Shown here piece after piece: positions 58,283 through 64,000 of a stretch of DNA of 64,000 bases. Both the position numbers and the translations under genes were made by a program. Position 1 is the first letter of the stretch. Each line of letters opens with the position of its first letter. The notes beneath the pieces were generated by a model. It was not told the DNA's origin. It saw only the letters and a program-made list of their open reading frames with translations, and searched no databases. The DNA is from Candidatus Culexmicrobium cathedralense (lineage in GTDB: Archaea; Thermoproteota; Methanomethylicia; Culexarchaeales; Culexmicrobiaceae), in contig JANZKC010000001.1 of the NCBI GenBank assembly GCA_025061115.1, positions 480,001 through 544,000 on the forward strand, given 5' to 3'.

Positions 58283-59125
58283 TTAAGCTAGTAAATTCTT
58301 TTGCGCCCGAAATTCAACTTCAAATACTTGGAAGCCCAAAGAAAGAAGCTCACTGACGATCACATCGTGCTCAGCATCAACTGAAATGTAGATTTCCTTT
58401 AAGCCATGTTTCTTAGATTCATCTCTCAAAGCGCCGACCAACTCGCGCGCGGCCAAAGCATCATTAACATCTCTCACCGCCGCATAATCAACGTAAAGGT
58501 CACCCTCATCAACGCTGTATTCTAAGTAGCAGGCAATTCCATCATCATCGTAAATGGAAAGAGGCTTACCTCCAACCTCTCCATTCAATTTGCTGTCAAA
58601 CTGCCACGTCAACTCATTCCACCAAACCAGCGGCTTTAACTCGCCAATAAGCCTCGAATCACCCCCACATACGCGCCTGAAGCTTGATGCTTGAACGCAA
58701 ACCCTTAACCTACTAACTTCAGCCTTCAAGTTAAAAGTAAAATTAGTAACGGTGTAGCCTCTCTTCAAGTAGAAGTTCAAGGCGCCAACATCCCCTGACT
58801 TAACGCTAAGCTCAACAACCTTAGCGCCTCGCTTCAACAGCTCCTGCTCAGCACTCTTCAGCAAAGCCGACCCAACACCTCTACCTCTAAATGCAGGGTG
58901 AACAGCCAACTCATCAATGTATCCAGTGGACGAGGCGCAGGAATACGCTATTACGTAGCCAGCAACTTCATTTTCAACTTTCGCAATGAGAACTAACGCT
59001 CCTGGCTGCTTCCTCCTATTAAGCTGCACCAGCCTTCGATACCACTGCTCGCCCTCTTCATCAATAAATGGCGCTGACCTCCTCTGAATTTCCAGCAGAT
59101 AAGGAACTTCACTGGGCTCTGCCAA
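58283..59125 (-). CDS. GNAT N-acetyltransferase (second, degenerate GNAT domain C-terminally)
   Basis: LAVHPAFRGRGVGSALL, A.NFY.KRGY. Confidence 0.85.
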   Translation of the reverse strand: MAEPSEVPYLLEIQRRSAPFIDEEGEQWYRRLVQLNRRKQPGALVLIAKVENEVAGYVIAYSCASSTGYIDELAVHPAFRGRGVGSALLKSAEQELLKRGAKVVELSVKSGDVGALNFYLKRGYTVTNFTFNLKAEVSRLRVCVQASSFRRVCGGDSRLIGELKPLVWWNELTWQFDSKLNGEVGGKPLSIYDDDGIACYLEYSVDEGDLYVDYAAVRDVNDALAARELVGALRDESKKHGLKEIYISVDAEHDVIVSELLSLGFQVFEVEFRAQKNLLA

Positions 59126-59363
59126 TCCAATTAAAATGCGCTTAAAACCACCATTAAATTGCGTTAGTCAAGAAATCATAGCTCCCGCCAGCATTTAACC
59201 CGCTAAATCGACACCTAAGCTAGACTGATAGTCCAGACGGCAGTATTTAAGTGCTGCGCTCATCATCCAAACTCCAGAAAGTTAGAAGCCGCAAGTAAAT
59301 GGAAAATTATAAATAATCATGCGCTAAGCTAATTGACGAGTTAAGCAAAAGCGAGGGAAAAGC

Positions 59364-59600
59364 TTGAGAAGCCAGCTACCCCTAAGACTGTTGAACCGCG
59401 CTGTAAATAGCAGGGTTCACGTAAAATTGAAGAGCGGGCACGAATATGCGGGAATTCTAGAAAGGTGCGATAACTGCATGAACCTAATATTAGTAGAGGC
59501 AGAGGAACTCAACAACGGAGACCCAGTTGCAAGATACGGAAAAATATTGATTAGAGGAAACAACATCCTCTACATAAGGCTTGAAATGCCCATAGTTTAA
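59364..59600 (+). CDS. Sm-like archaeal protein (SmAP/Lsm)
   Basis: VKLKSG..Y.G.L...D.CMNL.L, ILIRGNNI. Confidence 0.92.
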   Translation: MRSQLPLRLLNRAVNSRVHVKLKSGHEYAGILERCDNCMNLILVEAEELNNGDPVARYGKILIRGNNILYIRLEMPIV

Positions 59601-59610
59601 GCCTACCGAC

Positions 59611-60039
59611 CTACAGAGCCTCAGCCACCTCAGTTATAATTCCCTCAATCGGAAGCCCATACTTGCTAAGCTTATTCTCAACCACAGGTCTCACTACATC
59701 ATAGTAATTACTGTAAACGCACCACAACTCCACTCTATCCAACTTCTGGCAGCCAACAAGGTACTTTACCCGCTCCCCTAAAACATCACTCTCAATCTCC
59801 ACCACGCCGTCCTCAGGAAAACCCTCAGGCTTAAACTCGTAAATGTCACATGAAGGGTACTCGTCGCTCTCGGAGGAGTACTCGTATATGACAAGGCCAT
59901 CGGTAAATCTCACAGTCACAGTTCTATTGTAAAAATCGACTATGAACCATATTGCATCAGGCTTAAACCTTTCAAGCATCTCCTCACACTTACTCCAACT
60001 AGCAATCGACGCAAGCAGCATATACATCTCCCATAACAT
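59611..60039 (-). CDS. Hypothetical acidic protein
   Basis: 142 aa, native minus-strand codon style. Confidence 0.6.
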   Translation of the reverse strand: MLWEMYMLLASIASWSKCEEMLERFKPDAIWFIVDFYNRTVTVRFTDGLVIYEYSSESDEYPSCDIYEFKPEGFPEDGVVEIESDVLGERVKYLVGCQKLDRVELWCVYSNYYDVVRPVVENKLSKYGLPIEGIITEVAEAL

Positions 60040-60134
60040 TTACTTACCTAATTCAAACTTAAAACAATTGGCATTCAAGCGAATGACAAACCTTAAATTC
60101 ATAACTTATAAGGTTAAGCTTCAGAAAAGTAGGT

Positions 60135-61364
60135 GTGCAAAAAATGGACAAAAAAGGGCGCATAAATATCGAATTGCTATGTCAAAAGCCAGTTGAGGAG
60201 CTTAATACGGAAATCGTTGAGAGGAAGGGGCTTGGACATCCCGACTACATTGCAGATGCATCGGCTGAAAGCGTAAGCTTAGCTCTCTCACAATACTACT
60301 TAAAGGAGTTTGGAACGATACTCCACCACAATGTCGATAAGGGATTGGTGGTAGGGGGGAGAGCAAGCCCATCATTTGGGGGAGGCTACGTCGAGGAACC
60401 AATATACGTGATAATTGCCGGCAGAGCGGCAAACGAAGTAATCAAGGAAAAGGAGATAACGAGGATACCTGTAGGATGCATTGCAGTAAACGCCATTAGG
60501 CAATTCATCAAGGAAAACTTTAGATTCCTCGATCCAGACGAGCACATGATAATAGACTACAAGATAAGGCCAGGGTCAGTGGATTTAGTGAGCATTTTCC
60601 AGTTTGGCAGAAAAATGCCATTAGCCAACGACACCTCCTTCGGCGTATGCTTCGCCCCACTAACCCAAACGGAAAGACTCGTTCTCGAAACCGAGAAGTA
60701 TCTAAATTCGAAGGAGCTGAAGAAGGAGCTGCCGGAGGTAGGCGAAGACATAAAGGTCATGGGCCTCCGAAGGGATAAGGAGATAGAGCTAACAATAGCT
60801 GCAGCCATGATAAGCAAGTTAATTCCAGACTTGGATCACTACATGAGCGTGAAGGAAGAAGTGAAAAGGAGAATTGAGGACTTAGCTGCAAAAATCACCG
60901 ACTACCCAGTTAACGTTAAAGTTAATGCAGCCGACAAGCCCGATAAAGGCATCATCTACATAACCGTAACCGGAACTTCAGCTGAAAGTGGAGATGACGG
61001 AAACACAGGCAGAGGAAACAGGGTTAATGGCCTAATAACTCCATGCAGGCCGATGTCCATGGAGGCAACCGCAGGCAAAAACCCAGTCAGCCATGTAGGC
61101 AAAATATACAACGTAATGGCCAAAATCCTAGCCAACAAAATATACGAAGAAGTCAATGGAATCAAGGAAGTATACGTGAAAATTTTGGGGCAAATAGGCA
61201 GGCCAATAGATGACCCCCTACACGTAGATGTGCAAATGATACTCCAACCCGGGTACAGCTTATCATCAGTGAGGGGAGATGTGGAAGGCATAGTGGATGA
61301 AGAAATGGCCAACGTAACTAAAATCACAGAGCTAGTACTCCAGCGCAAAGTCGAGATCTTTTAG
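60135..61364 (+). CDS. mat: Archaeal S-adenosylmethionine synthetase
   Basis: [44 protein letters not shown]; likely start ATG 60144. Confidence 0.96.
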   Translation: MQKMDKKGRINIELLCQKPVEELNTEIVERKGLGHPDYIADASAESVSLALSQYYLKEFGTILHHNVDKGLVVGGRASPSFGGGYVEEPIYVIIAGRAANEVIKEKEITRIPVGCIAVNAIRQFIKENFRFLDPDEHMIIDYKIRPGSVDLVSIFQFGRKMPLANDTSFGVCFAPLTQTERLVLETEKYLNSKELKKELPEVGEDIKVMGLRRDKEIELTIAAAMISKLIPDLDHYMSVKEEVKRRIEDLAAKITDYPVNVKVNAADKPDKGIIYITVTGTSAESGDDGNTGRGNRVNGLITPCRPMSMEATAGKNPVSHVGKIYNVMAKILANKIYEEVNGIKEVYVKILGQIGRPIDDPLHVDVQMILQPGYSLSSVRGDVEGIVDEEMANVTKITELVLQRKVEIF

Positions 61365-63407
61365 CGACTCCAAGCGCTCCCTCCGATACTCTTCGAAAAG
61401 GGACTTGATTCTAGATGTCTCTCTATCCTCAGCCATGCGCATCAACCTAGCCTTAATTTCACTAGCCAACTTATCCAGCAAAATCCTGTCAGCCAACGGG
61501 TGCTCATCAATCCAAGTCAATTCAACTTCATCAGCGGAAATGAAAGGAATGACATTTTCCTCTAAAAGGTTTAGGACGTGAGCAGGCGGCCGCCTACTTC
61601 CAACAATGCACTTGACGCCAATCTTGGATAGCTCCTTTACAGCTTCAGGGTCGGCTAAGCTCAAATCATGAACGTATATGGCATCGCCCTTACGCACGTT
61701 AAGGCACTTCAAGCTCTTCAAAGCATCGTCCTTGGATAAGTTCCTGAAGGGCTTAAGGGGAATAAGCTCCCCCCTCAGCAACTTATTGAAAGCACCCCTC
61801 CACTCACTTAACTTTCTCTCCAATTCATCACGCTTCCTGCCAACTTCATTAAGCATGGAAGTAAGCTGGCTTATCCTCGACTCCAAAGCAGCAACTTCTC
61901 TCTCCTTCTTAATCTTCATCGTCATCTCAACTTGAAGCAACTCAATTGTCCGCTCCAACTCCCTAACCTTCTTCTCAAGCTCCTCTATCCTAGACGCCAA
62001 TTGCTCCCTCTGAGCAAGAAGAGCTTTAACTCTCCTCCTTTCAGCCTTCAACTTCTCCTTCAATTCTCGAACTTCATCCCTCTCAACGGGTTGCTTAACC
62101 TCAACCTTAGGTGGCGGCGGCTCCTCCACCTTAGGCGTAAGCTTCTCAATTGCATCCCTAATGCTATAACCCTTAATGATCAAAGCCCTAAGCTCCTTCG
62201 AGGAAACAGCAGCGCCAGCCTCACGGGCATGAGCTTCAGCCTGCTCAAACTTATTCCGAAAGTTCATGAAGGCCTTCAATGCAGCAGCCAACGCATCCCT
62301 CTTATGGGAGTCAAGCGACCCCCTAACATCCAGCTTAAACTCGTCAAAGTAGCGCTTTATGATCTCCTGCTTCTCAGACACAGTCAAACTTTGAGGAGGA
62401 TAGAAAGTTGGAGCGCGCAGCATCGACGCCAACTTCTCAACAAAGGAAGGAGGAGGATTCACATCCGTAGCTATAAGTATTGGGTGCCCATGCTCCATTA
62501 ACGCGCTTATCAGCTGACTCCTACTCAAATGCCGCTTACTCATGAGCAAAACTAGGCGGCCAAACAAGTTAATAGCAGCAACTCCAGTAACAACTCCCGG
62601 GTCAACCCCTACGATCAAGTAATCCCTAGCCGAGGAACCCAATGGCTCCTCGCCGCTAATTGGCGCGAAGGTCAACTTGCGGGACGGCTCCCGCTTAACT
62701 AAAACTCTCACGTCGCTGCTCTTCATGGACTTAACTACACCCTTAAGCTCATCCCTAGGCGCATAAACGATGAATAAGCAGCTGTCAAAGCCGTGCTTAC
62801 CCTTTCTAACAAACAAGTCATAGTCAAATCCATGCGAGTCCAAGGACTCCTTAATCTCCCTAGCAACCCTCAAAACAGAAGTCCTAATTTTACGCTCAAA
62901 TCGATCCTCACTCATCCCACCCTCCCCTGGAACTCTCCGCCTACACACAACAATTCTCGTCTCACCTTTAACCAGGCAAGCAACATAGCCAACGCCTCGA
63001 AGCGCAAGCCTAGCAGACAACTCAGCAGCTTTAACTGGAGAAAGCTTGCCTCCGGCGAACAAGCCATGAGCGCGTGCAAGGTATTTGAGAGGCTTAAATC
63101 CATATAGAGGGGAGCCAGTTACTTGAACAAGCTTAACTTCAGCAGGTAATAAAGAGAGGAACTTCACCAACTTACTAGGAGATGAAGCAAGCTCAAAGAC
63201 ATTATCAACTGCAAGAATTTTAGGCTTAAACTTCCACACAAGCTTAACTAGCCTCCGCCTACTAACATCTTCATGCCTCTCAACTACCTCACCATCACCT
63301 CTAATAACCACCACAGCGTACCTAGGCTGCCTTAAACCTGAAGGCGAACACATTGCCATTAAGTCTATACCCATAACTAAATCTTGATCACTAGCCAACA
63401 GAGACAC
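61332..63407 (-). CDS. DUF460 protein (RNase H-like fold plus coiled coil)
   Basis: [32 protein letters not shown], long coiled coil. Confidence 0.85.
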   Translation of the reverse strand: MSLLASDQDLVMGIDLMAMCSPSGLRQPRYAVVVIRGDGEVVERHEDVSRRRLVKLVWKFKPKILAVDNVFELASSPSKLVKFLSLLPAEVKLVQVTGSPLYGFKPLKYLARAHGLFAGGKLSPVKAAELSARLALRGVGYVACLVKGETRIVVCRRRVPGEGGMSEDRFERKIRTSVLRVAREIKESLDSHGFDYDLFVRKGKHGFDSCLFIVYAPRDELKGVVKSMKSSDVRVLVKREPSRKLTFAPISGEEPLGSSARDYLIVGVDPGVVTGVAAINLFGRLVLLMSKRHLSRSQLISALMEHGHPILIATDVNPPPSFVEKLASMLRAPTFYPPQSLTVSEKQEIIKRYFDEFKLDVRGSLDSHKRDALAAALKAFMNFRNKFEQAEAHAREAGAAVSSKELRALIIKGYSIRDAIEKLTPKVEEPPPPKVEVKQPVERDEVRELKEKLKAERRRVKALLAQREQLASRIEELEKKVRELERTIELLQVEMTMKIKKEREVAALESRISQLTSMLNEVGRKRDELERKLSEWRGAFNKLLRGELIPLKPFRNLSKDDALKSLKCLNVRKGDAIYVHDLSLADPEAVKELSKIGVKCIVGSRRPPAHVLNLLEENVIPFISADEVELTWIDEHPLADRILLDKLASEIKARLMRMAEDRETSRIKSLFEEYRRERLESLKDLDFALEY

Positions 63408-63445
63408 CGCTAAAAATAATTGCAGCGGATTTACTTAAAGTTGGC

Positions 63446-64000
63446 TCAACCAGTTACAGCCGACAAAGCTTCCCTGAAGTCAACTTCAATTCGAAATCTC
63501 CGCTTAAAAAACCTAACAATGTTCTTTACGTCCCGCTCCAAAAGCATGTACGCGCTTGGGTGAGAAGCATAGACGAATTGAGGCCAATCAATTATGAGAG
63601 GCTCAATTTCAGGAGTGACAATCACGTTGTACTCACTTAAATCTCCATGGACAATTCCAGCCTCCCTAAAGCTTCTCCTAATGTCAGCCAAAACCTCCTC
63701 AAGAAAACCTTCAGGATCCGGCAGGACGTCGCAAACGTAGAGGGGGTCGCCGTCTATGAAGCTCATAACCACCACATGCCTATTCCACGCAATTGGCTTG
63801 GGAACTCGAACCCCCCTAGAATAGAGGACTACTAGCGCTTCATACTCCCTCTTAGCAGCCATCTTAGCTTGAATAAGCCATGAAGCCTTATCGCGATCAG
63901 CGATGTAAGTCCTAACCCTTCTAGTCTTTCTAAAACTAACCCTGCCAAGCCTATGAAACTTGACTGCAACCCTCTCCCCAGCAGGAGTAATCGCGTCATA
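63446..64000 (-). CDS. rio2: RIO2 serine/threonine kinase, 3' part (runs off window end)
   Basis: Frame open to 64000: VKFHRLGRVSFRK (RIO2 signature), HGDLSEYN, IIDWPQ. Confidence 0.9.
   Translation of the reverse strand, partial: YDAITPAGERVAVKFHRLGRVSFRKTRRVRTYIADRDKASWLIQAKMAAKREYEALVVLYSRGVRVPKPIAWNRHVVVMSFIDGDPLYVCDVLPDPEGFLEEVLADIRRSFREAGIVHGDLSEYNVIVTPEIEPLIIDWPQFVYASHPSAYMLLERDVKNIVRFFKRRFRIEVDFREALSAVTG

Noticed and set aside
59260-59266. Third box C/D sRNA
   Set aside because: Perfect C box but no D'/C'/D boxes at 10-13 nt spacing; kept only as a weak structured-region finding
1-64000. Many 60-190 aa ORF-track entries antisense to or overlapping long genes (e.g. 1724..1993, 3553..4002, 32447..32884, 54972..55514, 55824..56393, 61932..62501)
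   Set aside because: Shadow ORFs of well-supported genes; Ser/Leu/Pro-rich with no motifs
1-64000. tRNA, rRNA, CRISPR array, transposase or integrase
   Set aside because: No cloverleaf/T-loop motif, regularly spaced repeats or recombinase motifs seen by eye; tRNAscan-SE and a CRISPR finder would be needed to exclude them formally

Overview
Gene-dense chromosomal segment from an archaeon, probably a hyperthermophilic TACK/Thermoproteota-type lineage (archaeal ATP-dependent ligase, type II GAPDH, bifunctional PGI/PMI, L35Ae, Sm protein, archaeal MAT, RIO2, NucS, reverse gyrase). Most genes are housekeeping. Highlights: (1) a class II (B12-dependent) ribonucleotide reductase interrupted by three LAGLIDADG inteins. 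The middle intein is followed by Lys (...VHN|KRRGANM) instead of the Cys/Ser/Thr that canonical protein splicing requires, and is preceded by Gly-Gly. (2) Two unannotated box C/D sRNAs with guides complementary to 23S rRNA. (3) A 1495-aa surface/S-layer-like gene whose region, extending into cofE, reverses the strand-composition bias seen in the rest of the window. (4) A group 3b [NiFe] sulfhydrogenase operon. (5) A PIP-box Hef-like helicase next to DNA ligase, a degenerate pantoate-kinase-like protein, an EMC6-like membrane protein, and a 55-aa zinc-ribbon ORF missed by the ORF track. I saw no tRNA, rRNA, CRISPR array or transposase. All calls come from motif recognition by eye; no searches were run.
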